In this document: positions 37,010 through 49,060 of the stretch, piece after piece
Position numbering within the stretch: the first letter of the stretch is position 1
Layout: each line of letters begins with the position of its first letter
Assembly: GCF_032191835.1 (NCBI RefSeq)
Contig: NC_083233.1
Span: 31,682,001-31,746,000 of the forward strand
Length of the DNA: 64,000 nt
DNA from: Heteronotia binoei
Lineage: Eukaryota
Direction: 5' to 3'
Notes under the pieces: generated by a model
What the model saw: only the letters and a program-made list of their open reading frames with translations
The model's database searches: none
What the model was told of the DNA's origin: nothing
Translations under genes and position numbers: made by a program

Positions 37010-38007
37010 TAGGGATGGGCATGAACTGGTTCATAAATTAAAGTTTGTGATGAATTCTGGCTGGTTTGTGGTTTGTAAACTTTAGTTTCTGGCAGATCAG
37101 CCAGCATGAACATTCCACAAACTTTAAAGCAGTTTGTGGAATTTCATGTGAGTTTGGGAATGGATGCATTTCCAAACAGTCTCCACTAAAATAAAATGTT
37201 TATCAAATTTCGAAGCAATTGAGGGGGAGGGTGGAATTTTCCAGCCTCGAAACACTGTTGCCAATTTCAAAGTAGTCATGTCAGTTTCGAGGCCCCCCCT
37301 CCACTTTGCCCAGGTTCCTTTGTGTTCACTTCCTCTTTTTCTGCACAGAGCTTGCAAAATCTCACCCCTCCTTTCTTGGATTTGTGACTCTGTGCATTGA
37401 AATCAGGCCTTTTAAGCTGGCAATGCCAGTGGCACTAAATTCTACTGGGCACTCTGAGATTGTACCTGTTCTCCTGGTCTTACAAAATGCCCCCCACTTA
37501 GATTGTGATTGAGTTGGCATTGCCACATTGGCATTGGGTTCTGCTGGGCACTAGTGCATTGTACTGGTTCTGCTGGACTTGCCACAAATCCTTTTTCCTT
37601 TCAGTGTGATTCTGTGTTACTCAATCCTGTTGAGCTGGCATTAATACAATGGCACTAGGTTCTGCTGGGCACTAGTACATTGCATTGTTTTCACTGAGCT
37701 TGTAGTAATGCCTCCCATCAGGTTCTACTGCAGGGATTCTCTGTTTTATCCTTAGTCCTGTTGGGTTTGCACTGCCACAGTGGCACTGGTTCTGCTAGGC
37801 TTCCAAAAATGACCCCCACCTTCAGTTTCTACTGCAGAGATCCTCTGGGATTTTGATCCCCTGCAAGTTTGCTGTCTCTAGCATGCCAGGGTGCATTCTA
37901 CCATGTCATGAACTTCACAAATTGAACCAGCTCATTTAACTCTTAAAAGTTGGTGACACACCACAAACCAAATTAGAGTGCATTTCCCTGGTTTGTTCCT
38001 ATCCCTA
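37010..38007. mobile_element. Non-autonomous hAT element with internal degenerate tandem repeats
   Basis: TIRs TAGGGATGGGCATGAAC / GTTCCTATCCCTA. 8-bp flanks AAAGTTAA vs AAAGTAAA (7/8 identical) fit a hAT TSD. Repeated GGCACT(A)GGTTCTGCTGGGCAC units at ~37430-37860. Confidence 0.72.
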
Positions 38008-38611
38008 AAAGTAAATTTTGACTCATACAGTGTTGTTACAGAGGATAATTTCTTTTTTTCCAAAAATTGCTTCTTAAGATGTAACTATTTTTCTCTTTTA
38101 TTTCTTTTTCATTTCTCTTTGAAGAGAAATCAGTTCACCCTTTTGTAACTTTAGCCCTTGCAGCTGTTTTATGTTACGTACCACAGGGTAATGCTGTCCC
38201 AGGAGGGCGAGATACTTTGAGAATACATTGCCTGCCTCTGAGCAGCTACCAAATGAGATTTAGCAGAACATTGCTTCTGCCCCTCTTCTCTTTGAATTTC
38301 TTGTAACTGATTAGAAACTGACTCCAAATTCGCCCTTTTTAAAAAATAAATAAAATGCCAGCTTTTATAGATGTCTGGGAATGGACTCACCACTGACCCA
38401 CCCTCAGCCTTTGAGGCCACGATCAAGAGAAAAGTAACTGACATGGTCTGTGAGAGCAGCTATCTCATACTCATCATACCTGGTGGTGGGGGGGCAGCAG
38501 GGATCCCAGAGGACTGGCCCGACAACAAAGGAGCAACACTGCCTCTCCCGGAGAATCAGGCAGCCAGTGATGGAGAGGCAAAACCAGCAGCATGGACAGG
38601 TTCTGAGACTG

Positions 38612-39289
38612 GGTGGACTCACAGGAAGCTGGCCCAACCCAGCTGTTGGGGATTTCAACTCAGGCAGGCCTCCTGGATTAGCCAATCAGGGGCTGGCAGA
38701 CATCTCCAGGGGGGCGGGATCCATAACTTGGGAGAGCAGAGAGGAAAGATAGGCTACCATCTAGAGGGTAGGGGATTGGGGAATGCTGTGAAAGAGGGAG
38801 GACCAAACTCAGCTAGGGATGCCAGCCTCCAAGTGGGACTTGGGGATCCCCCAAAATTACAGCTCATCTTCAGACTACAGAGATCTGTTCCCCTGCAGAA
38901 AATGGATGCTTTGGAGGGTATAATCTATGGCATTGTATCTCCTGAGGTCCCTTTTTTCTGCAGGCTCCATCCCCAAATCTCCAGGAGTTTCCCAACCTGG
39001 ATCTGCCAACCCTATACCCCATCCCCCACTGGTGGTCATTGGGGGGGGGTGACCCTAAATCAAACCTATATAAAACTGATCCCATGACAAGGCAGGGAGA
39101 AATGAAATAACCTTGCTCTGAGATCTGGGGTAACACAGGCTCAGGATAAAGTGAGGGACAAGGTGGCACAACCCCCTCCTCTTCCCATTCTGAGGCCTGG
39201 GGAGGCTTACTTTGTCATACGGCAAAACAGCTGAAGAGGGAGGACCCACAGAATGGAAAAACTGAGTAAAGAGGAATTAAGCAAATTTC
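38612..39289 (+). repeat. ~677-bp direct duplication, copy 1 (left flank of Gypsy)
   Basis: Matches 43921-44597 with 14 substitutions and 1 indel by manual alignment. Contains a MITE at 38814-39014. Confidence 0.95.
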
Positions 39290-39532
39290 GGAGACGTAAG
39301 TCGGGCAACATTCTTTATTAGGAGCACGTTGCAAGAGAGCGAACACGCAGGCCGGGCCCCGCTTATGTACAGTTCCCAGAACAGCCTACTGGACAGGTCA
39401 AGCCAATCCTGACCTGTCAAACTTCCCGCCCCAGCTGGTGATTGGAGGGGAACTCCGCGCCCAGCGTAGGAGGCGCCTGGGACCGCCCAGTCGCCTCTAC
39501 GCGTGGACGCATATGGCTGCTGATACACTACA
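39289..39532 (-). repeat. 3' LTR, lacking its terminal 16 bp
   Basis: Aligns with 43678-43920 (about 7 substitutions and 1 indel). Begins TGTAGTGTA on the minus strand. TGTAACGTACTCAGTC, seen at 43662-43677, is absent here. Confidence 0.93.
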
Positions 39533-39543
39533 CCCCTCCCCCC
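39533..39543 (-). promoter_or_regulatory. Polypurine tract
   Basis: GGGGGGAGGGG on the minus strand immediately before the 3' LTR. Confidence 0.9.
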
Positions 39544-39545
39544 GG

Positions 39546-40824
39546 TTAATGCACATAGTCCTTTAGGTACGCGGGAGGCCGGCGCTCCCTGGTGGACTGT
39601 CTGGGGAGGTCCTGTGGAGGCGGCACAGCTTCCGCTGCAGTTGGTGCATCGGTGGACCGAGGCGCGGCCGGTAGCTGCGGGTCTGGGTCCGCGGGTCTTT
39701 CAGACTCTGTTGGCCCCGGCGCTTCGTGTGTCGGGGTTGCTGGTGTTGGGGCCGCTTCCTCGGGTCGGTCCCTGGTTGGCTCCCCCCCGGAACCAGCCTC
39801 TTCTATGTCCGCCGGTTCCTCCGGCAGAGTGCGGCGGCGCAACTGGTCTATGTGCCGCCTTAATACCTGGCTCCCCTCGGTTGATATATCGTAGTGGCGG
39901 GACCCCGTTACTCGTAGCACACGGCCCGCCACCCAGTCTGGCCCCCTGGCATAGTTCCGGGCATATACCGGGTCGCCCGCGAAGAAACCCCTGGCTGCGT
40001 CCCGGACCTCGGGGCTGCTGCGGGGGTCTGGCGCCCGGTCGGGGTGTAGCTGGTCCAGTCGGGTTATGAGCTTGCGCCCCATGAGGAGCTCTGCCGGACT
40101 GACCCCCGTGACCGGGTTGGGTGTGATCCTATTGTCGAAAAGTAACGTGTCCAACCTGTGGTCCCAGTCGCCCTGCACGATCCGGCTCAGGGCCTCTTTG
40201 GTTGTGCGGACCATCCACTCGGCCTGGCCGTTGGTGGCCGGATGGAAGGGGGCAGACCTTATGTGCCTAATCAGATATCTCTGGAGGAACGCCTGGAAGT
40301 CCGCCGATGTGAATGCGGTCCCGTTATCCGAGACTATGGTGTCCGGGATCCCGTGTGTGCATAAGACCCGGTGCAGTGCTCGGATTGCAGCGGCGGACGA
40401 GGTGGACCCCACAGGAATGACCTCCAGCCATTTGGTGTAGGCGTCCACGATTATCATGAAGATCTGCCCCTGAAATGGCCCCGTGAAGTCGAGGTGGAGC
40501 CTCGACCATGGCTTCCTGGGGGATTCCCATCGTGTGGCGGGGGCGCTAGGCAGCTCGGGGCATGTTGCTTGGCATGTCTGGCACCTACGGACCCAGCTCT
40601 CAATCTCCCCGTCCATCCCCGGCCACCAGACGTAGCTCCTGGCTAACGCCTTCATTCGGACTATGCCGGGATGGGTCTCATGTAGGGACTCGAGCACCCG
40701 CTTTTGCAACTGGGGCGGAACCACCACCCTACTCCCCCATAGTAGGCACCCTTTGTGGGCTGCTAGTTCCTCCCTCCTAGACTTATATGGCTTGAATTCC
40801 TCTCCCATGTTCCCTTCTGGCCAC
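39546..40824 (-). CDS. pol: Gypsy integrase portion of pol (after frameshift)
   Basis: HHCC zinc finger (LHETHPG...CQTC), core LHLDF...IVSDNG...NGQAE (DDE). Real frame starts at about GWPEG in ORF 39546-41063. Confidence 0.9.
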
Positions 40825-43576
40825 CCCTCACCACCCAGTCGAGTACCCGTGCCAGCGTCTTGTGTTTCTGGGTGGCCTTGGCAACCTCCGCTGCGTGGAG
40901 GGGCTGCTCCGGGAGGCTCTCCACTAGCATGACCTGGTGTACGGGGGCAGGGTCGGGGCCTGTTTCCGGTAGCGGCAAGCGGCTGAGCGCGTCCGCGTGG
41001 CCCATGGCCTTGCCTGCCCGGTGGACCAGTGTGTACGTGTAGGAGTTGAGGAATTGGTTCCACCTCAACACGCGCTGTGAAAGAATTTGGGGGGTTTGAC
41101 GGTCTGGGGCCAGCAGACCTAAGAGGGGCTTGTGGTCCGTGGCAATAGTGAACCTCCGCCCGTACAGGTATTCATGAAACTTGCAGACCCCCGCCACGAT
41201 TGCCAGAGCCTCCTTGTCTATCTGCGCATAGTTTCGCTCGGCTGGTGTAAGTGTGCGGGAGTAGTACGCTACCGGTACCTCCCTCCCGTCCGGGAGCTGG
41301 TGCCCCAGGACTGCTCCCACCCCATACGGCGACGCATCGCAAGCCAAGATGACGGGGAGGCCCTCGTCAAAATGGTGGAGCACCGCATTAGACACCAGGA
41401 CGTCCTTGACCGCCTGAAACGTGGCGGCTTGTCGTTTTCCCCAAACCCACGTGGCTTTTTTGTCCAGCAGCCAGTGAAGGGGCTCTGCTAGGGCTGCTTT
41501 GTGGGGGAGGAACGAATGGTAAAAGTTCAGCACCCCCAAGAAGCTTTGTAGCTCCACCCTGCAGGTGGGGGTCGGGGCTTGCACGATGGCCCGTGTCTTT
41601 TCGTCCATAGGGTGAATTCCCGCTGCATCTACGGCAAACCCCAGGAACTCCACCCGTGGAACCCCCAGCACGCATTTCTCCCTCTTGACCTTGAGCCCCA
41701 CTGCCTGGAATCGGCGGAGCACCTCTCGAAGGCGGTTGCCGAATTCTTCGGGGTCCGGGGCGGTGATTAAAATGTCATCGAAGAACGGCTGGACTCCGGG
41801 GATCCCTTTAAGGAGAGCGTCCATTATACTCTGGAAGATCCCCGGAGCGACGCTTACCCCGAACTGTAGCCTCCTCACCCGGAAGGCCCCCCTGTGTGTC
41901 ACAATCGTTTGTGCCTCGGCCGTCTTGCTGTCTACTGGGAGCTGTTGGTAGGCCTGTGCCAGATCCAGCTTCCCAAAGATTTTAGACCCCGCGAGGGCAG
42001 CCAAGACGTGGCTCACCACCGGCACTGGGTAGGGGTTATCCTGCAGTGACTTGTTTATCGTGCATTTATAGTCTGCACAGATCTGCACCTCCCCGTTTGG
42101 CTTGATAGGGGTTACGATGGGGGTCTCCCAGGCAGCGTAGTCCACTGGCTCCAGGACTCCCTGGGCCGCGAGGCGGTCTAGTTCGGCCTCTATTTTTGGC
42201 TTCAAGGCGAACAGGACCCTCCTCGCCTTGAGCCGAATCGGCCGGACCGTGGGGTCTAGTGGTAGGGAGATGGCCGGCCCCTTGTAGCTCCCTAGGGAAC
42301 CATCGAATACGTCAGGGAACTCCTGGCATATCTCCCTGAACCCTCTGAGCGTTAGGGTCTGCCCCACCCCCTCCACGCGGATCCCCAAGGGTTTGAACCA
42401 CGCCAGTCCTAGCAGGGTGTGGAGCTGGCACTTTACCACCAGGATGTCCAGCGGGCCGTAGAAGGACCCCCGCTCGACTTGCACCCGCGCCCACCCCGCG
42501 ATTTGCACCGGATTTTTCTGGAAGTCCCTGAGTATGAAGTCCGCCGGCCTTAGTTGAAGCCGCTGGCAGGGGCAGAGTTTCCTCAGAGTTTCCTCCGCTA
42601 TGATTGAAAGGGAGGAACCCGAGTCCACCTCCATCAGGCAGGGGTTCCCTTCGATGAGGACCGCCATTTTGATTTTGTTGGGGGTGGCGAGGGGCAAGTT
42701 CAGTACCTGTAGGGATGTAGAGTCTGCGGAGGGGAACTCTGCCGACTCGTGGTGCGTGGTCGGCCTCCGGCGGTTGGGCTTAGCGCGGCAAGCCCTTGCG
42801 ATGTGGCCGGTCTTTCCACAGCTCCAGCAGTCCCAGGTCCGGTACTGGCAGTCTCTCCGGTCGTGGGGGTCGCCGCAACTGGCGCACTTGGTGGCCGGAG
42901 CCCTCTCCACTGCTGGGGGTCGATCGACCGCTCGGGGGCGTTGGGCCGTTCTGTTGGGTGGTCCGGTGGGACGCCGCAGCTGGTGGGCTTCCCTCTCCTC
43001 CGGGCGGTCATGGTCCAGCTCCTCGTGGTGGACGGCGTCTGTCCAGGCCTTGGGAAAGGTCTTTGAGGTCCTCTCGAATGCCACGGCTTCGTTGAAAGCA
43101 CTCTGGAGGGTGAGCTCTTCTTTGGCAAAGAGCTTCTGCTGGAGCCTCTCGTCGCGGAGGTCCCACGTGAAGCGATCGGCCAGGGTGTCTTCCAGCTGGG
43201 GGAAGTTGCAGTTCCCGGCGATCCTGCGGAGGGCCGCCAAGTAGTCAGCGGCCGATTCGCCTACTGCCTGGTCCCTTTTGTGGAACAGGAACCGATGGGC
43301 CACCCGCGACGGCTGCAGCAAGAAGTGGCCGGTGAGGAGTCGGCTGACCTCCGTGAAGGACTTCTCCATGAGGCGGGCGGGGTTCGAGAGACCCTTAGCG
43401 ATCTCGAATGTGGCCGCCCCGCAAACGCTCAGGAGAACGTCCCTCTTCATGCTGTCCTCCATTACTTTGTTGGCCCTCAGGTAGCATTCGACCCATTCCA
43501 GGTAGGACTCCCAGGCCTCTGGATTCGCGGGGTCGAACGGCTCGACGTGACCGGTGGTTCCGCCCTGGTTAGCCAT
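40825..43576 (-). CDS. gag-pol: Gypsy gag-protease-RT-RNase H polyprotein
   Basis: Likely ATG at 43576 (MANQGG...). Protease VDSGS, RT LDLAQAY/RLQFG/FFDD, RNase H CDAS/DKEAL. Frame is lost at the C run 40824-40827. Confidence 0.92.
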
Positions 43577-43642
43577 GGGGGCTGCGGCGGCGGTCGTGGC
43601 CAGGTTGTGCCCTTGGTCTCCTCCGTAGCCGATAAGGCTAGG

Positions 43643-43660
43643 ATCCCATCCTCGTCGCCA
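43643..43660 (-). promoter_or_regulatory. Primer-binding site complementary to tRNA-Ser(GCT)
   Basis: TGGCGACGAGGATGGGAT, 1 nt from the 5' LTR. The plus strand ATCCCATCCTCGTCGCCA equals the vertebrate tRNA-Ser(GCT) 3' end including CCA (recalled sequence). Confidence 0.88.
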
Positions 43661-43661
43661 G

Positions 43662-43920
43662 TGTAACGTACTCAGTCCGGAGACGTAAGTCGGGCAACAT
43701 TCTTTATTAGGAGCACGTTGCAAGAGAGCGAACACGCGGGCCGGGCCCCGCTTATGTACAGTTCCCGGAACAGCCTACTGGACAGGTCAAGCCAGTTTGA
43801 CCTGTCAAACTTCCCACCCCAGCTGGTGATTGGCGGGGAACTCCGCGCCCAGCGTAGGAGGCGCCTGGGACCGCCCAGTCGCCTCTATGCGTGGACGCAT
43901 ATGGCTGCTGATACACTACA
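43662..43920 (-). repeat. 5' LTR (259 bp, intact TG...CA)
   Basis: Minus strand TGTAGTGTA...TACGTTACA with imperfect terminal inverted repeats. AATAAA present (plus-strand TTTATT at ~43703). Confidence 0.95.
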
Positions 43921-44597
43921 GGTGGACTCACAGGAAGCTGGCCCAACCCAGCTGTTGGGGATTTCAACTCAGGCAGGCCTCCTGCATTAGCCAATCAGGG
44001 GCTGGCAGACATCTCCAGGGCGGCAGGATCCATAACTTGGGAGAGCAGAGAGGAAAGATAGGCTACCATCTAGATGGCAGGGGATTGGGGAATGCTGTGA
44101 AAGAGGGAGGACCAAACTCAGCTAGGGATGCCAGCCTCCAAGTGGGACCTGGGGATCCCCCAAAATTACAGCTCATCTTCAGACTACAGAGATCTGTTCC
44201 CCTGCAGAAAATGGATGCTTTGGAAGGTATAATCTACGGCATTGTATCTCCTGAGGTTCCTTTTTTCTGCAGGCTCCATCCCCAAATCTCCAGGAGTTTC
44301 CCAACCTGGATCTGCCAACCCTACACCCCATCCCCCACTGGTGGTCATTGGGGGGGGTGACCCTAAATCAAACCTATATAAAACTGATCCCATGACAAGG
44401 CAGGGAGAAATGAAACAACCTTGCTCTGAGATCTGGGGTAACAGAGGCTCAGGATAAAGTGAGGGACAAGGTGGCACAACCCCCTCCTCTTCCCATTCTG
44501 AGGCCTGGGGAGGCTTACTTTGTCATATGGCAAAACAGCTGAAGAGGGAGGACCCACAGAATGAAAAAACTGAGTAAAGAGGAATTAAGCAAATTTC
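43921..44597 (+). repeat. ~677-bp direct duplication, copy 2 (right flank of Gypsy)
   Basis: Starts exactly at the LTR edge. Matches 38612-39289. Confidence 0.95.
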
Positions 44598-45307
44598 TCT
44601 AAACAACCCTACACTCACAAAAGTTTATACACCAAAGTGTTTTGTTGGCCTAAGGTACTAATAAACTCAAATTTTGTTCTGCTACTGTAGACAAAAATGG
44701 CTACTCAGCTGAAAATGATTTATTTAAGGACCGCCTTCTCCCATATGAACCTAGCCATCTACTCCAGTCATCTTTGGAGGACTAGCTTCAGATGACCCTG
44801 CCACTGAAGCCAGGCAGATAGCAATTTGAGAAAGGATCTTCTCAGTCATGTGTCAAAACTCTGGAACTCACCCCAACGCTGCCTCCCTCTATCATTGTTG
44901 TCTATTAGCAGGTAAAAGCTATTTTTTGGGGGAGGGGGGTTGTTTTGGTATTTTCGTATTTGTGTGTGTGTGTGCATGCACACACAAGTGTGAGTGTGCA
45001 CCTGGAAGTCATGGTGACCTCTGGTAACTGACCCTTTCTAGGGACATGGAAGATATTCAGAGAGGTAGCTGAATAAAGCTTTCCCTTGCCCCCTGCTGGT
45101 ATTCCACAAAGGTCTCCCACCCAACTACATGCAAGAGTTGGCCCTGCTTAGCTTCCAATATATGATGAGAGTGGGATTCCCTGGGCTATCAGGGTCAGGT
45201 ATTTTTTGTTTTGTCTGGTAAACCTCCAGTAAATATTTACTGGTCCTCCTCCCTGATTGTGTTTGCTTGATGCTTATATGTCTGCATGTTCTTATTGTAT
45301 TGTTGAC

Positions 45308-45440
45308 TTGGACTGGATGGGCCATTTAGACTGGATGGGCCATTTAGACTGGATGGGCCATTTGGACTGGATGGGCCATTTGGACTGGATGGGCCATTGG
45401 CCTGATCTAACATGGCTTCTCTTATGTTCTTATGTTCTTA
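45308..45440 (+). mobile_element. CR1 3' terminus with five tandem 18-bp units
   Basis: GACTGGATGGGCCATT core at 45311, 45329, 45347, 45365 and 45383 (first four followed by TA or TG), then GGCCTGATCTAACATGG and (TTCTTATG)n. Confidence 0.9.
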
Positions 45441-45626
45441 ACTTCTCTCCCCATAATAGACACCCTGTGAGGCGAGTGGGACTGAGAGGGCTCTCACAGC
45501 AGCTGCCCTTTCAGGCAACTCCTGCAATAGCTATGGCTAACCCAAGGCCATTCCAGCAGCTGCAAGTGGAGGAGTGAGGAATCAAACCCCTTTCTCCCAG
45601 ATAAGAGTCCGCACACTTAACCACTA
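45441..45626 (-). mobile_element. Squam3-like SINE truncated at both ends
   Basis: Reverse complement of the 48775 copy, lacking the first ~16 nt and the tail. Confidence 0.85.
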
Positions 45627-46185
45627 AAAGGTTAAAGGGTTGGAACACTTTCTCTATGAAGAAAGGCTAAAACGCTTGAGGCTCTTTAGCTTGGGTCAAC
45701 TGTGGGGTGACATGACAGAAGTTTACAAGATTATGCATGGGATAGAGAAGGTGGAGAAAGAAGTACTTTTCTCCCTTTCTCACAAGACAAGAACTCGTGG
45801 GCCTGCAATGAAAGGATAAAGGGAAGTACTTCTTCACCAAAGGGTGATTAATACATGGAATTTACTGCCACAGGAGGTGGTGGCGGCTACAAGCACAGCC
45901 AGCTTCAAGGGGAGGGGGGAGCGGTCGGATAAACATATGGAGCAGAGGTCCATCAGTGGCTGTTAGCCACAGCATATTGTTGGAACTCTGTCTGGGGCAG
46001 TGATACTCTGTATTCTTGGTGCTTGGTGGGGGGGGGGGGCACAGTGGAAGAACTTCTAGCCCCACTTGTGGACCTCCTGGTGGCACTTGGGTTTTTTGTT
46101 TTTGTTTTTTTTGTGGCCACTGTGTGACACAGAGTACTGGATGGGCCATTGGCCTGATCCAACATGGCTTCTCTTATGTTCTTAT
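45627..46185 (+). mobile_element. CR1 3' fragment with long 3' UTR
   Basis: Similar to 3013-3357 (GAACACTT..CTATGAAGAAAGG..AAAACGCTTG), then a ~170-bp UTR and the terminal stem-loop/TTCTTAT tail. Confidence 0.88.
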
Positions 46186-48774
46186 ATGCATTTTAAATGC
46201 TATTTTAATGTTTTAAATATTTTAATGCCTTGATGTTCACCACTTTAGGGACTATACTTTGGAGGAAAAGAGACGTACGAATGCTTCAAATAAATAAATT
46301 TAAGATAGTTATAATCCATTTTTTCCCATGTCAGAACAACTTCTGGCAAAGCCTGTTGAAGCTACAATACTGCTAGTTCAGACACTCATACCATAGCCTC
46401 TGCCTCACACACCCCTGGCTCCAACATGGTAGCCACAGCAGCTTTTTCCTCTTTTCTGCAGCCCTCTCTTAAAACAGTGTGGCAGGTCATACAGCCCTAT
46501 CAGGCTTCCCAAATTTTCACACAGAATTCATTCCTCTCAAAAGAGTTTGACCACTTTCAGATGGTCCTTGCCCCCTTGCCAGTTGCTATGGTTGCTTATT
46601 CTATATGCTGCAAATATTTGCCTGAACAGGCCCATATTTTATCTGGAAATGCCACCTGAATCAAAATTTGGTAGCTCAGAAATTTGCCATCCCACCATCC
46701 CCAGAGACATTTGCTGATTATATCAAAGGATTTTAGTTCTCTTCAAAAATGCCTGCAAATATTCTCTCTCTTTCTCTCTAAGTGGGGGCCTGAAACTTTG
46801 TTGAAATTCAACTGCATCTGAAAAGATTATGATACCCCCTGAGAAATGTGGTTAATCTCACTGAAATGTTTTCTGCTTGCCTCAAAATTCCACAGAGCAG
46901 GAAGGAAGATCCCTCCAAATTCACCTCACATTTCACTGCAGGTGAAATTCAGTGGTAAACTCCAGTCATGTTTTGAATCAAGTTAGGGTAGATGGAGCCA
47001 GCGAGCGGAGGTTGTAATTTTTGTCAGTTTGTTTTCATCTGCCTATAATGTTGGCATAATATATGAGCCTATAGATGTAGTAACCATATGATAGTTTCTC
47101 AATCTCCTGGGAGAAAAGGCAACACAATTTTCTCCTATTCAGAGAAGGACAGAGACACAGCTGATTGCATTATGCTGGTATTGCAGTTACAATATTAATG
47201 AGTGTGTTTTTCTCCCCTTAGAGACATCGGTCTAGATTTGAAGAAAAGGGAGAAGAATAAGGTAAAAATTGTCAGAAATTGTTCTGTAGTTTTAGAAATA
47301 ACACCATTATACAAATCAGTTTCAGAACCTTGCAGTCTTAGGCATTCTTTGCAGTGCCATTATAAACAGAGTTACACCCTTCAACGTTCACTGAAATCAG
47401 TTAGCGTAGAAAGGTATCAGTCTGCTTAGGTTGGCACACTGTTGGTCACTCTGGAAGACTGGTTATCTGGATATTGAACTATACAGCATATTCTTTAGTA
47501 TACTGAAATTCCAGTATTCAGTTGTGCAAATGGTGTGGGAGAAGAATGGGGAAAGTAAAACACTCATTTCTCTAGCGCCACAGCTTCAATTCATGCTGCT
47601 CAACCTTATATCTAACTTTTTCAGATTAACTATATGTTGGGTGTGATATGATTATGAACCACGATGTCAAGTATATTTTGGCACTGAGAGTCATTTCATA
47701 TATTGCATAGTTGTGGACACATGTTACTGTTGCACATAATGAGATGGAGGCAATTCCAGTTTCATGTTACTAGGAGATTACTGCATGCTTGTTGCATTCA
47801 TAAACTATGTCCTTTTCAGATGTTACAGCCATAGCTATGCCAGGACTACCTGCAATGCTCCTAATGCATGTGGTTGTCACTCTATGTAAAACAGGACAAT
47901 GTGCAGATTCTCCATGTGAAAAGAGATTCAATACATATGCACATTCATGGAAAAATCATTCATTCCTCAGTTCACATGAAATGTTAACTGTGCATCATGG
48001 GTAGCATTTATTATTTATTTATATATATTTATTAAAACATGTATATCCTGCTTTACAGTAATGCATTTGCTTCTACTGGTAGTAGGTTCTCAGTATGCAT
48101 GATTTTAACATCTGAAAAGGGCTTTATGTAGGCATAAATCTGTTGTTTTTTACATATGCAAGTAATATATAAAGTGATCAGTGGCCCTTGAGCCTGTGCC
48201 CCAGTATCTGCAAAGTCACATGATCTTTTAAATTTAAAAAAAAAAAAGCAACCTTCCCTCTGTCATTTTGCAGGATCAGGTCCGAATTCTGCCTCTCACC
48301 ACCTGTCTCACTCGATAAAGGTTCAAGATGGCATCTCCTTGCCTCATCAACTCTCCATCTGTTTCGTACTCTCATATGAAAACAGCTCTTTTCATTTATC
48401 TTTTCTTCAAAATATTAATTATGTCTTCTGCTCTCTTTTCTCCAAGTAGTGAGAGGTTCAAAGGAGCTCTTATAGGGTCATTTACATTTGGGGCAAAAGG
48501 TGTGAGAGAATTATGATGTCTTCAACAGAAGCCAATTACTAATAAAGATACAAATTGAGCAGTGATTATGCTATGCAGAAGAAACACCAGGCTTAGGCTG
48601 CCTGCATGAACAAAGGCAAACCACAGCAGATACAGTAGTAACATTTATTCAGAAAGGCACTCTACTGGACTTTACTACACTTTTTATGAAGAGAATCTAT
48701 GTGGGTTGTGACCAATTGTTTCTCCAAACTTTCAATGCTGATGCAGATATCCCCATTTTGATTATTCCTTCTCC

Positions 48775-49060
48775 GGAGAGCCAGTTTGGTGTAGTGGTTA
48801 AGTGCGTGGACTCTTATCTGGGAGAACCAGGTTTGATTCCCCACTCCTTCACTTGCACCTGCTAGCATGGCCTTGGGTCAGCCATAGCTCTGGCAGAGGT
48901 TGCCCTTGAAAGGGCAGCTGTTGTGAGAGCCCTCTCCAGCCCCACCCACCTCACAGGGTGTTTGTTGTGGGGGAGGAAGGTAAAGGAGATTGTGAGCCGC
49001 TCTGAGACTCTTCGGAGTGGAGGGCGGGATATAAATCCAATATCTTCTTCTTCTTCTTCC
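48775..49060 (+). mobile_element. Squam3-like SINE, full length
   Basis: A-box TGGTGTAGTGG (48787), B-box GGTTTGATTCC (48830), tail GTGAGCCGCTCTGAG...GAGGGCGGGATATAAAT and (TTC)n. Confidence 0.9.

Larger units (their letters stand above)
39289..43920 (-). mobile_element. Ty3/Gypsy LTR retrotransposon (Mag-like), near full length
   Basis: Two LTRs, PBS, PPT and gag-PR-RT-RH-IN order. Two Cys-His knuckles in gag (CASCGDPHDRRDC, CWSCGKTGHIARAC). Confidence 0.97.

Noticed and set aside
39592-43990. Numerous plus-strand and alternate-frame ORFs over the Gypsy element
   Set aside because: Expected shadow ORFs of a GC-rich coding region, with no independent motifs.
47222-47261. Possible 40-nt exon (TTTTTCTCCCCTTAG|...AATAAG|GTAAAA; DIGLDLKKREKNK)
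   Set aside because: Splice signals are plausible but the peptide is not recognised and there are no supporting neighbouring exons; such matches occur by chance in 64 kb.
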